64,000 nucleotides of DNA from an uncultured Acidobacteriota bacterium (GTDB lineage Bacteria > Acidobacteriota > Thermoanaerobaculia > Gp7-AA8), in assembly GCA_963822445.1 (NCBI GenBank), contig CAWGHO010000003.1:384001-448000 (forward strand), in the 5' to 3' direction. Position 1 is the first letter of the stretch. Each line of letters opens with the position of its first letter. The notes beneath the pieces were generated by a model. The model saw only the letters and a program-made list of their open reading frames with translations, did no database searches and was not told the DNA's origin. A program made the position numbers and the translations under genes. Shown here piece by piece: positions 9,392 to 19,232 of the stretch.

Positions 9392-10773
9392 ATGAACAAA
9401 CTGATCGTCGCCTGCGTCGTCCTCATTTCCATCGCCGTCTCGGTGCGCGCCGAACCGGCGCGCAGGAAGTATCTCGTCGCAACGGAGAGGCCGTTTCGCG
9501 AGGAAACACTCGGGAAGAGACAGTACGTGCGCTTCGCGGGCGTGGCTGGTTACGCCGTCGAGCTCTCGGATGAGGAAGCGAAAGCGCTCGCCGCGACGAG
9601 CGGGGTTCGGTATGTGGAGCCGGATGTCGAGCGCTACGTCTCGGCGATCCCGGCAGCGCACCTCGACGTCGCGCAGATGACTCCCTGGGGCGTCAGCAGC
9701 GTCAACGCGCCGTCGGTCTGGTTCCTCACGCGCGGCGAGGGCGTCCGGGTCGGAATCATCGACACGGGAATCGATCTCGGGCATCCCGATCTGCAGGCGG
9801 CGTATGCCGGCGGGTACGACTTCGTGCACAACGACACCGTTCCCGAAGAAGAAGCCGAAGGCGACGCCTTCGGACATGGCACGCGCATGGCCGGCATCAT
9901 CGCCGCGTCGGACAACGGCTTCGGTCTCATCGGTGCCGCTCCCGTCGCGCCAACGTGCTCGTCATCGCTGCGGTCGGCAATCACGCGTCCTGGGTTCGCT
10001 ATCCCGCGGCATACCCATCGGTGGTGGGTGTAGGAGCGATGGATCGCACGCGCCGCATCGCGTCGTTCTCCAACACCGGTGCCGAAGTCGATTTCGTGGC
10101 GCCCGGCGTCGATCTCCTGTCGACGATCATCTCGGGCAAAGGCCGCGTGGGCAACATCACGCTCGACGACGGGACGTCATTGACGGCTCGCCCCTTCGCG
10201 TACTCGAGGATGGGCGAGGCCGCGGGCATGCCTGTCGATTGCCTCCAGGGCAACTCGGCCGATTTCCCTCCCGCCACCATGCAGAACGTCGCCCTCGTTC
10301 TTCGCGAGGGACCGTCGATTCCGGTGAAGGCGACGAACGCCGTCGCCGCGAAGGCCGCTGCGCTCGTGGTGATCAATTCCTCACCGGACGACATGCCGAT
10401 GCGCGGATCGCTGGGATTCGCGGACCCGAAATGGCCGGTGGCCGTCAGCGTGTCCCGGCAGAGCGGCCAGATCCTCCGCGAGCGGGGAGGGGCTGTGCTC
10501 GTCGACTCCTACGAGACCGACTACGACGCCTCGGACGGCGCGTCGCTGTCCGCGCCACACGTCGCCGCGATCGCCGCGCTCGTCATCGCGCTGCGTCCGG
10601 ACCTCAACGCCGACGAAGTTCTCGCCCTTCTCGCATCCACCGCAACCGACCTCGGCGACGCGGGCCGCGATCCGGTGTTCGGCCACGGCCTCGTCGACGC
10701 GTACGCCGCGGCGGAGGCGGCGGTGCCGGAACGGATGCCGGTGAAGAAGCGGAGGAGGAGCGCCAGGCAGTGA
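9392..10773 (+). pseudogene. Subtilisin-like S8 peptidase with PA-like insert, broken by an internal deletion/frameshift near 9944
   Basis: Signal peptide, IIDTGID (Asp) and HGTRMAGIIAA (His) in one frame; VIAAVGN, YPAAY and GASLSAPHVAA (Ser) in another; the segment normally between GxAP and VxAAGN is missing. Confidence 0.8.
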
Positions 10774-10785
10774 AACGGTGCGCTG

Positions 10786-11541
10786 CTACTTCCTCACCGT
10801 CCTCGCCAGATACTCCCGGATCCGCGCGTGCGTTTCCGGCGAGCGCCATTCATCGCGCACGGCGTCATCGAGCTCGTTCGCGTAGTGCTTGGCGCGGTCG
10901 ATGGCTTTGTCGCGGAGCTGGCGTTTGGCGAGCTTGAACGCACCCGGTGGAAGCGCGGCCAGTTGCGCGGCCACTTCGGATGCGCGGGTCAGCAAGGACT
11001 CGGGAGCCGCGACTTCGTCGATCAGGCCGAGGCGGAGGGCTTCGTCGGGAGGGACGGTTTTGGCGGTGTAGATCAGCGCCTGCAGGTGTTGCGGTGGAAC
11101 GGAGAAGCGGACCACTTCGAGCACCGCCGGGGGGAAGGGGACGCCGACCAGCAGCTCGGGCATGCCGATGCGGGCGTTGCCGGCGGCCATGATCCGGTAA
11201 TCGCCGGTGAGGGTGAAGATGCAGCCGCCGGCGATGGCGTGACCGTTCACCGCCACGACCAGCGGCTTCGGAAGGGAGAAGAGGTCGAGCATCATCCGCG
11301 ACAGCGCGGGGACGAAGCGGGAGACGTACTCATCGCCGCCGTCGGTCAGGCGAAAGAGATCCACGCCGGCGGAAAAGATAGAGCCCGTGCCGGTGAGGAT
11401 CACCGCGCGCACGCCGTCGTCGAGGGCGATCTCGGCGACGACGCGGGCCAGTCCGTCGAGCAACTCGACGTCCAGCGCGCTCGCTTTTCCATGAGCCAGG
11501 CGAAGGGTGACGATTCCGTCGTTGTTACTGCGCTCGATCAT
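10786..11541 (-). CDS. Enoyl-CoA hydratase/isomerase (crotonase) family
   Basis: FSAGVDL, AVNGHAIAGG, GMPELLVG, EALRLGLIDEV. Confidence 0.9.
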   Translation of the reverse strand: MIERSNNDGIVTLRLAHGKASALDVELLDGLARVVAEIALDDGVRAVILTGTGSIFSAGVDLFRLTDGGDEYVSRFVPALSRMMLDLFSLPKPLVVAVNGHAIAGGCIFTLTGDYRIMAAGNARIGMPELLVGVPFPPAVLEVVRFSVPPQHLQALIYTAKTVPPDEALRLGLIDEVAAPESLLTRASEVAAQLAALPPGAFKLAKRQLRDKAIDRAKHYANELDDAVRDEWRSPETHARIREYLARTVRK

Positions 11542-12084
11542 CTAAAGACTCCTCATCGCTTCGGCGATCTCCTCGACCTTCGTCGAAGGATCGAACAATC
11601 GCACGACGTCGCCGTCGCGGTCGAGCAGATACAGCCGGATGGTGTGATCGACGACCGGCCCCGCGGCCGAGCCGGTGTCGCGGATCTGATACGTCGCCGC
11701 GAACGCCTTGACCACCGCGTCGATCTGCGCCTTCGAGCCGGTCAGCCCTTTCGCCGGCACGGCCGAGAAGTAGGAGAGGTATTGCTTCAGCAACGGCGGC
11801 GTGTCCCGCGGATCCACGCTGACGAAGAGCGTGGGGATGTCCTGCGCCTTCGCGCCGGCCAGGCGATACGCGCGGGCGACGCGGGACATCATCGTCGGGC
11901 AGGCGTCGGGGCAGTGCGTGTAGCCGAAGAACAGCAGCGCCGGACGGCCGCGCAAGGACTCGCTGCGGAAGACGCGGCCGTCGTGATCGACCAGCGTGAA
12001 CGCGCCGATGTCGAGGAGCTTCTCCTGTTCCGCCGGCTGCGCGCAGGCCGCGAGCAGAAGCAGGGCGAGCGCGCTAATCCTCAT
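11542..12084 (-). CDS. SCO1/SenC family copper chaperone lipoprotein
   Basis: Lipobox LLAAC, FFGYTHCPDACP, SVDP, DHT; overlaps the upstream gene stop. Confidence 0.9.
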   Translation of the reverse strand: MRISALALLLLAACAQPAEQEKLLDIGAFTLVDHDGRVFRSESLRGRPALLFFGYTHCPDACPTMMSRVARAYRLAGAKAQDIPTLFVSVDPRDTPPLLKQYLSYFSAVPAKGLTGSKAQIDAVVKAFAATYQIRDTGSAAGPVVDHTIRLYLLDRDGDVVRLFDPSTKVEEIAEAMRSL

Positions 12085-12730
12085 CGCGCACCGGAACCTC
12101 GATCGTTTCCCGCGAGCCGTCTTCAAAGGTCACCGTGAGCTCGATCGTATCGCCCGCGCGGAGCGGTTTGACCAGGTCGATGAGCATGAGATGCGCGCCG
12201 TCGGCGGGCGGTGCGGCGATCCGCTCGACCTTGTTCATCGACATCACGCCGTCCACGGTCTTCATCTCATGCAACTCGACCACACGCGCCGCGGGAGTGG
12301 TGACCGCGGTGATGGCCGAGGGGAGGGACACGACGTACGCCACGGCGGTGGTCTGCATGGGGTGCGATGCGCGCGCCCAGATCTGCGTCCGCGGCGGCTC
12401 GAGGGAGAGGATGTATTCGGCGATGGCCATCCGCTCGCGTTTGGGAATGTCGGGATAGGCGGGCATGCCCGTGCGCCCATCCGCCACGCCGAACGCGATC
12501 GTCGCGGCGATCCCCTCGGCCGTCTTGGCCCCGGCGAAGTGCTTCACGTTGCGAAGATCGCGCGGTTTGATCGTGGAGAGCGGCGCGGAGAAGCCCTTTC
12601 CGTCCGCGTTCTCACCATGACACGCGGCGCAGCCGTAGGCGAGGTAGAGCTCCCGGCCCGTCTTGACCTCGGCGCCAGGGCCGCAGGCGGTGAGGGCGAT
12701 CAGGGCGAGGAGAAGGAATGCGCGCGTCAC
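12074..12730 (-). CDS. Cytochrome c - PCu(A)C copper chaperone fusion lipoprotein
   Basis: Lipobox LTAC, CAACH and distal Met (GMPAY), then VELHEM...MSM...HLMLIDL..PL..GD. Confidence 0.82.
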   Translation of the reverse strand: MTRAFLLLALIALTACGPGAEVKTGRELYLAYGCAACHGENADGKGFSAPLSTIKPRDLRNVKHFAGAKTAEGIAATIAFGVADGRTGMPAYPDIPKRERMAIAEYILSLEPPRTQIWARASHPMQTTAVAYVVSLPSAITAVTTPAARVVELHEMKTVDGVMSMNKVERIAAPPADGAHLMLIDLVKPLRAGDTIELTVTFEDGSRETIEVPVRDED

Positions 12731-12984
12731 AGCCTCAGAGTACCAATCCCGACCGCCCGCCCGGTCGATTTAGACGTCCCCACGGACTCACTGAAGGACC
12801 GCTTTGCGGACAGACGCGCTTCGGTTAGTATCGCCGCCGGTCAGCCCAGCCCCAATCCAACAACGGAACACGAACCAATAACGAGAGAGGTCTTGTGGCG
12901 CACGCGTCCCATCGTCGTGCCGGGAGGGGTGGCGGGCGGGTCTTCATCAACGTCGCCGGTCGAACGGACCGCCGCTGACCGACC

Positions 12985-13524
12985 ATGTGGCGCCGCTTCA
13001 TTGCTCTGGTCGCGTTGCCGCAGCTTCTCTGCGCCGCGGCCGCGTTGGCCGACATCACCAGCGCCAGCCTCGAGATTCAGGGCGCGGGATTGCGTCTGGA
13101 AACGGTGTCCGTCACGACCGGGCTCGATATCCCGACCACCATTCAGACCTCGTTCGGCAACAGGACTAACGATCAGTCTCCATCTGTCCCCGGTCTGCTG
13201 GCCGTCGGCGATCTGACGGGTCCCGGAATCGAAATCCCGATTCAACTCACGACCACGCCGGGCTATCGCTTCAACATCCCCGGTCTCACCCGTCTTGGCG
13301 ATTACTACCTCCAGAACGTACGCCTGATGAATGGCAACGACGTCATTCAGCGCGCGACGCCATCGCTCGCGAAAATTACAGTCGCGGATCTATTTCAAAC
13401 GTCGCTGTCGGTGAAACAGCTCACGCCGGAAGAAATCCGCGCGCGCGGCATCGTAGTCGATTCAAGAAATTACGACGTCTATGACAGGCGCGAAAAAAGG
13501 CAATGTCATTTATTACCTCTATGA
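12985..13524 (+). CDS. Secreted beta-rich N-terminal fragment, frame-broken against the Rhs body
   Basis: Signal peptide MWRRFIALVALPQLLCAAAALA; protein-like sequence up to RNYDVYD; removing one A from A6 (13493-13498) fuses it to the next ORF. Confidence 0.7.
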   Translation: MWRRFIALVALPQLLCAAAALADITSASLEIQGAGLRLETVSVTTGLDIPTTIQTSFGNRTNDQSPSVPGLLAVGDLTGPGIEIPIQLTTTPGYRFNIPGLTRLGDYYLQNVRLMNGNDVIQRATPSLAKITVADLFQTSLSVKQLTPEEIRARGIVVDSRNYDVYDRREKRQCHLLPL

Positions 13525-16500
13525 CGTCAGTGGACAGCTGCGCCACGTTGTCGATCCCCTGGGGCGGCGGACCACGCTGAGCTACAACGAGCACGACTTC
13601 GTAAGTGAGATCGAAGACTGGCGTGGGCGCAAAGTCACCTACGCGTATGAGGCCGGCCGTCTGGTGTCCGTGAAGGGGCCGGAGGTGCAGAGCGCGGAAG
13701 GCTTCAGCGGGCGTCCCGAAACGCGTTATGGCTACCAGCCCATCGAGGCCGGTCTCACGGCACACACCGACTTCGCGGCAAACCTGAAGACGATCATGAA
13801 TCCCGGCGTTTCCGCCGCGCGGGTAACGTTCGAATACGACTTGTCGACGAACGCCGCGAAGCGCGATCGCGCCACGAGTCAGACCTGGGCCACGGGCGAA
13901 ACGGCGCAATTCCAGGTAACGCAGACCAGCGATCGGTTACCGACCCAGGTCACGATCACCGATGTCCTCGGACAGAAGCGGATCTACGAACTGTCCGGCG
14001 TAGTCCGGCGGCATGTTGCGAAGACCACTCTGGAGAACGTGCCGGTGTTCGAGAGCGACGAATCGCTCGCGCAGGCGCCGCTGAACGCCGACGCCGAGCC
14101 GCAGACCCTCGTTGTGGAAGTCCTCGAACGAAACCCTCATGGCCAGGCCACGCGGATCAAATCACCGCACGACCAGGAAACGACCACGACTACCGAGCCG
14201 GCGGGCGGAGGTGCAGTCGGAACGCGAATCAAAGAAATCGTTCAAAAGCTGGGTCAGGAGACTCTCGCGACGGCCATCCAGTTCGATGTTCTGGAAGGGG
14301 CGGGCAACAACCCTTTGAGCATTGGACGTGCCGCAAATGGCGGAACACCGGAGATGCGCGAGTCGCCTATCGCCACGCGCAACCGGCTCGAAGTGTTGGT
14401 GACTGACGACGACGTGAAGACCCTGCAGAAATTCGACCCGCACGGGCAGTTGCTGAGGGCGGCTCAGCAGGACGCCGGCGGAAGCGCCGAGACGGGCGTG
14501 CAGGAGTATCAGTACTACGACGCCAGCGCGGCGCCGATCGCCCGCGGACGGATCAAATCAGTTACCCGCCCTGACGGAGCGGTATCGCTTCTGTTCAACT
14601 ACGCCACAACCGCGCTCGGCGGCGACCGCACGACCATCACCGACGCTATCCGAGGCACGGTAACAACGGTCGACCGCGACGCTCGAGGGCTCCCGACGCG
14701 AAGCGCGATCACGAAAAACGCGGCCACGCTCAGCGACGTGACGTTTGCATACGACGCGAACGGCCTGCTCAAAGCCTCGACCAGGCAGCAGGAAACGCTC
14801 GGCGAAGTGGTCACCCGCATGGCGTACGACGACATGTTGCGCGAGACCGAGGTTTCCACGACTCAGACACGCGTCGGCGGCTCGCCTGCAACCGTGACCG
14901 CGAAGACGGTGTGGGACCTTTCGAATCACACGATCACACGGACCGATCCCTTCGCCGGCAGCGAAAGCACCGCGGCAAGAGAGATCACCACGCTCGACTC
15001 GTTGGGCCGGACTGCGGAAGTGAAGCGTGTGTCGGCGGCCGGCGATGCGCAAACGCTGCGCGTCTTCCGATACGACCGCCAGGGACAACTGTCGTACGAG
15101 ACGGACCGTACCCGCTGGGGCATCGTCCGCGTCTACGATCCGTTCGGCCGGCAGACGCTGAGCGTGGATTCGCGCATGCAGCGGCACGAAGCGAAGTGGA
15201 CGCCGTGGGATCAGCCGGAGACCGAACAGCGTCTCGATGGGGGCCTCGTCCAGCAGGGAGGCACACCCTCGGTCGTCAGCAACGTGAAGCGCATCTTCAC
15301 GCGGAACGGGCAGTTGCGGGCCATAAATGAAGAGCTGATCGCCGGTACGCAGTTCCGTTCGACCCGCTACGGATGGGCGAACGGCGGACGCGAGACCAGC
15401 GTTCGCATGGGAGCTATCGCCAGCCTGGACGAGCCATTGAGAGCGGACACCGTCGTGCGTCTCACCGAGAGCCACGTCGACGCGGCGGGGCGGACGACCG
15501 ACTTCAAGGTCGGAGAGGGGAGAGGGATCAGCGGCACCTTCACCGAGTTCGGTTTGTACGGTCACACCGAGACGGCATCGAATGAATACACGGGCATGCT
15601 GCCGTCCGCGCAACACGTGCGCGAGCCGCGCACGGGAGCGAGTTTCATCACCATTCACGCCTACGACGGGTTGGGACGGCCGGCCACGACTGTTGCACCT
15701 GGTGGCTACGAGATTCAACGGACGTTCGACGAGGTGGGCAATGTCCTTTCGACGGAAACCTCGGGTCGCGATGATCTCTCGCAGGCCCGATACGACTCGC
15801 GAGGGCTCGTCATTGAACAGATGCACCCCGATTCAACCTCGATTGAGTACCAGTACGACGCCCTCGGCAATCTCACCAGGTATCGCGACGAGCGGGGGAA
15901 AGACACCACCTATGAGACCGATGGTCTCGGCCGCGTCATCAAGGCGAGGTATCCGGACGGAACCTGCGAAGCGACGATCTTCGAGAACGGATCCGGGCTG
16001 ACCGCTGCCACGCGCGATCGCGCCGGGCAATGGCTGATTTATCGATATGCCGGTTATCTCGTCGACGAGATTCGCCTCGGTCCGATAGGCGCAGCAGCGG
16101 AGTGCACCTCGCCGATCACGGCAGCGCCGTGGTCGGAGGAGGTGTTCGTCAAGTACGGGTACGACCTCGCGAATCGTCTCGTCAGCATTCGAAGTGCGAC
16201 CGCGGGTGCCGAGTGGGCTGATTACGACCGCGGCGGAAGGCCGCACACGACGCGTTCGATCCGCTATAAAGACGGAACGGGTCTCACGAGCGGCGAGATC
16301 CTCGACGTTCACAGCCAGCGTCACGTCTGGTCGATTTTCAACGGTGAGCGCACGCGGTATCGGATGCCCGTGCCGGGAACTACCGTCGCCGAGAACGCGT
16401 CGGCCTCCGATTGGAGAAGCTGGATCGACGAGCAGCGCGATGCGGTGGGCAACGTGATCAGTCAAAAGGCGATCACGACCGAATCGAGCGACGCGGTGGG

Positions 16501-17323
16501 TCCTTTCATCTCCCAGGCCTTCGCACGAGGTGTCGGACGTCTTGCTTCGCGGGTACTGCCGTTGTCGGGGAACGCGTCGCTCAAGGCGCTGTATGGCTAC
16601 GCCGAAGCGACGGTTGTCCCGCCGGCGCCCGATGTCCCGACGGTCCCGAGTGCGCCTGCACCGCACTCGGGTCTCATGGGCCGCGCAGAATTCTCTGTTG
16701 GCAACGCGACGATTGCCGGCAGCGTGGTGACGCGTGACGCCGTAAGGCGCGTTTTCGACTCACAGCTCCTCGGGCTTGGAAATCGCTTCTCGCGTTTCGA
16801 TTATGACGACCGCGATCGACTGACGGAATCGATCCTCGCGTCCCTGCCGCAGGCCGCGACTGCCCCGAAGATCGGCGACACACTCGACGCGGCCGACTTC
16901 AGGTCGCACCGCACCGTGACGCGTTTTTCCGCGGACGAACGAGCGCGGCTCGGCGTGGCGACTGCGCGTGAGATTGAGTTGCCGTCGTTCGTCGCAACAC
17001 CGAACGACGCCCATCAGATCGAAAACCTGGATCTGGACGGTCCTGACGATCTCGAGTTCGCCTTCAGCGGCGGCCGGCGAACCAGTGACGGTTCGTGGGA
17101 CGCCAAGTACGACCCGCTCGGGCGACTCGTCCAGCTCACGCGCATCTCGCCGGAACCGGATCAGCCAGCGCGGTTCGAGTACGACTACAACCCACTGAAT
17201 CGGCTGGTCGGACGTCGCGTCTGCACGAACACCGATGCGAACCCGTGCGCGCTCGAGACCAGAACGACCGTGCTTGCGCGCGACGGTCTGCCGGCGCACG
17301 CCACATTCGTCTGGATCCCATAA
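13481..17323 (+). CDS. Rhs/YD-repeat protein body (fragment)
   Basis: Many YD..G repeats (YDVSGQL, YDRQGQL, YDGLGR, YDALGNL, YDPLGRL); no credible start of its own; frame break at about 17313. Confidence 0.88.
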   Translation: MTGAKKGNVIYYLYDVSGQLRHVVDPLGRRTTLSYNEHDFVSEIEDWRGRKVTYAYEAGRLVSVKGPEVQSAEGFSGRPETRYGYQPIEAGLTAHTDFAANLKTIMNPGVSAARVTFEYDLSTNAAKRDRATSQTWATGETAQFQVTQTSDRLPTQVTITDVLGQKRIYELSGVVRRHVAKTTLENVPVFESDESLAQAPLNADAEPQTLVVEVLERNPHGQATRIKSPHDQETTTTTEPAGGGAVGTRIKEIVQKLGQETLATAIQFDVLEGAGNNPLSIGRAANGGTPEMRESPIATRNRLEVLVTDDDVKTLQKFDPHGQLLRAAQQDAGGSAETGVQEYQYYDASAAPIARGRIKSVTRPDGAVSLLFNYATTALGGDRTTITDAIRGTVTTVDRDARGLPTRSAITKNAATLSDVTFAYDANGLLKASTRQQETLGEVVTRMAYDDMLRETEVSTTQTRVGGSPATVTAKTVWDLSNHTITRTDPFAGSESTAAREITTLDSLGRTAEVKRVSAAGDAQTLRVFRYDRQGQLSYETDRTRWGIVRVYDPFGRQTLSVDSRMQRHEAKWTPWDQPETEQRLDGGLVQQGGTPSVVSNVKRIFTRNGQLRAINEELIAGTQFRSTRYGWANGGRETSVRMGAIASLDEPLRADTVVRLTESHVDAAGRTTDFKVGEGRGISGTFTEFGLYGHTETASNEYTGMLPSAQHVREPRTGASFITIHAYDGLGRPATTVAPGGYEIQRTFDEVGNVLSTETSGRDDLSQARYDSRGLVIEQMHPDSTSIEYQYDALGNLTRYRDERGKDTTYETDGLGRVIKARYPDGTCEATIFENGSGLTAATRDRAGQWLIYRYAGYLVDEIRLGPIGAAAECTSPITAAPWSEEVFVKYGYDLANRLVSIRSATAGAEWADYDRGGRPHTTRSIRYKDGTGLTSGEILDVHSQRHVWSIFNGERTRYRMPVPGTTVAENASASDWRSWIDEQRDAVGNVISQKAITTESSDAVGPFISQAFARGVGRLASRVLPLSGNASLKALYGYAEATVVPPAPDVPTVPSAPAPHSGLMGRAEFSVGNATIAGSVVTRDAVRRVFDSQLLGLGNRFSRFDYDDRDRLTESILASLPQAATAPKIGDTLDAADFRSHRTVTRFSADERARLGVATAREIELPSFVATPNDAHQIENLDLDGPDDLEFAFSGGRRTSDGSWDAKYDPLGRLVQLTRISPEPDQPARFEYDYNPLNRLVGRRVCTNTDANPCALETRTTVLARDGLPAHATFVWIP

Positions 17324-18708
17324 CGGACCGCCTTCTTTCGATCTTCGAGGCTGAGAAGTCCACGGGCGCCGGCGGCGATGAATACGCCGGCCTTCAGCGT
17401 CAGTACATCCACGGTGACCGTGCCTACGACGATCCCATCGTGGTGATCACGCCGAACGGCACCTTCCACCCCATCCTGGACGAAGCGGGGACAGGCAACC
17501 TGATCGCCGTACTCGACGACGCTGGCGTGCTGGTCGAGCGTGCCTTCTACGGTGACTCCTACGGCGCGTCCCCGCGATTCCTGCACGGCCCGGTCGTCCA
17601 GCGCATGACCCGCAAGGTCACGAAAAACCAGCAGGGCGAGATCACCGAAGTCGTCTTCACCGCGAACCTCTCCGACGCCGTCCGCGCCGATACGGTCGTA
17701 GCGGGCACCGTCCTTCGCTCCGTCGCCGGCGACGCAACCGCCGCCCTTTCCACCGTCGAGCCCACCCTCGATATCGCCGACCCCCACACCCTCCGCTGGA
17801 CACTGAACGCCGCTCAATGGAACGCCCTGACCAGCGCTGCCGGCGTGACTGCGATCGAGATCGCAATCACGAAGGAGCTGCGTGCGGTCGGGTGGGGAGA
17901 GGCCGAGGTCCTCCGGCCGCCAGGTTGGCTGGTGACACTCGTCGGCTTGACCTCCACCGCCACCGACTCGGTCGTCCATCGCCAGTCGATCGCCGCGTTC
18001 GAGACGGCGACGGAACAAGAGACGACGCTTTTGGCAATCTCCGATCTGTACTTAGTGGCTTCGACGGAATCTCGAAGCCGAATCCTCACTGGTTGGAAGA
18101 GTGCGCCGTTTGTAGAGCCGGCGACGGGCTTTGCGTTTCTGCGTGACCGCTGGTACGACGCATCATCAGGGACGTTCTTAGGTCCTGATCGGCTTGGGTA
18201 CCGCGACTCGTCGAACTTGTATGCGTTCTGCGGTGGCGACCCGGTCAACTGCTCCGACCCGAGCGGCCTGGGTGGAGTTGGCGAAGCCGTGATGATGGCT
18301 CGCGAACGCCAGCGGCTGAAGACGCCGGAGCAGAGGCGGGCGGAGCATCGTGAACTCGGGAGTCTGACCGTCGGTTTTATTCCGGTCGCTGGAGAGATTC
18401 ACGATGCCTCACAGGCGATCACGGGATATGACCTAGTCACCGGTGAGCGTCTGTCGTGGTGGGGACGTGGACTCACGGCAGGTGCGTTCTTCGTGCCGTT
18501 CGTCGGCGGGAAAGTAGTGCGTGACGCCGCGGCTGAGGTGGTTCGTCCGCTCAGGGGATTCCTCAACGACGTCAACCCGTTCCGCTGGTTTGATGACATT
18601 GGTGATGCTGCAGCGAGAGGTCTGAATGAAGGCGCAGTCGAGGCTTATCAACATCTGATGGCGAACAGAGGGTGCTCGAGTTCTTCCGTGATCTACGCGG
18701 AATGTTGA
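17314..18708 (+). CDS. Rhs-associated core + PT-TG-like pre-toxin domain; toxin tip apparently missing
   Basis: RWYD..SGTFLGPD.LGY.DSSNLYAFCGGDPVNCSDPSGL, then GFIPVAGEIHDA..AITGYDLVTGERLS; joins the upstream ORF by one added G (TGG GAT CCC = WDP). Confidence 0.85.
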   Translation, partial: DPITDRLLSIFEAEKSTGAGGDEYAGLQRQYIHGDRAYDDPIVVITPNGTFHPILDEAGTGNLIAVLDDAGVLVERAFYGDSYGASPRFLHGPVVQRMTRKVTKNQQGEITEVVFTANLSDAVRADTVVAGTVLRSVAGDATAALSTVEPTLDIADPHTLRWTLNAAQWNALTSAAGVTAIEIAITKELRAVGWGEAEVLRPPGWLVTLVGLTSTATDSVVHRQSIAAFETATEQETTLLAISDLYLVASTESRSRILTGWKSAPFVEPATGFAFLRDRWYDASSGTFLGPDRLGYRDSSNLYAFCGGDPVNCSDPSGLGGVGEAVMMARERQRLKTPEQRRAEHRELGSLTVGFIPVAGEIHDASQAITGYDLVTGERLSWWGRGLTAGAFFVPFVGGKVVRDAAAEVVRPLRGFLNDVNPFRWFDDIGDAAARGLNEGAVEAYQHLMANRGCSSSSVIYAEC

Positions 18709-18717
18709 CATAACCCA

Positions 18718-19002
18718 TTAGGCCGAACGTCGCCGTCGACTGCTGACCTGTTCTACGTGACGGCTGGTGACGAGCGCATCGATGAGGGCGATAGCGATAT
18801 CGCGATCTTTGCGTTCGAGTTTTTCAAGATCTCTGAGTGTGCCGATGCGAAGAGCGAGATGGCGGGGAATCGTGATGTGGTGCTGGCGGGGAGCGCCGAT
18901 CGTCAGGCGCATGTGGCTTTCGGTCTGACGGGTGGCGGTGTAGCCGATCCGGCCAAGGCGCCGGGCGAGCTCGTCGCCCGAAAGATCGCGAGGCAATCTC
19001 AA
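18718..19002 (-). pseudogene. hicA: HicA-family toxin, altered (ESH instead of GSH) with a foreign C-terminus
   Basis: MRLPRDLSG.EL...L...GY...RQTESHMRLT...HHITIP.H..LRIGTL; TTG start overlaps the stop of the hicB-like gene. Confidence 0.7.
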
Positions 19003-19211
19003 CCGGTGATCACTTCCTCGCGCGTGAAATGGAGTCTGACCACGCGGGGAATGGCGGCGTCTTCGAAGTGGCAGCGAACGGCGTCGCGAACGTTCTGTTC
19101 GGGCGCGGCGACGTCGTCGGCTTCCGTGAAGATCGATTCGCCTAGTGCACGTGCACGTGCGGTGTAGCCGCCGTCAGGTGCTTCCTCGACAAGGAAAATG
19201 AGCTCGTTCAT
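18999..19211 (-). CDS. hicB: Short HicB-like antitoxin
   Basis: ELIFLVEEAPDGGYTARA..LGESIFTEADD....NVRDAVRCHF; coupled to hicA; 6-nt duplication gives TARARA. Confidence 0.75.
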   Translation of the reverse strand: MNELIFLVEEAPDGGYTARARALGESIFTEADDVAAPEQNVRDAVRCHFEDAAIPRVVRLHFTREEVITG

Positions 19212-19232
19212 CGAGCCCTGATGTTACCCCTT

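Noticed and set aside
18718-18745. HicA ORF ending RRRRSA as the C-terminal sorting motif
   Set aside because: Cytoplasmic protein with no signal peptide; the tail is chimeric
18999-19211. Metabolic enzyme subunit label sometimes given to this small family
   Set aside because: 70 aa, HicB-like pattern, translationally coupled to a HicA-like gene
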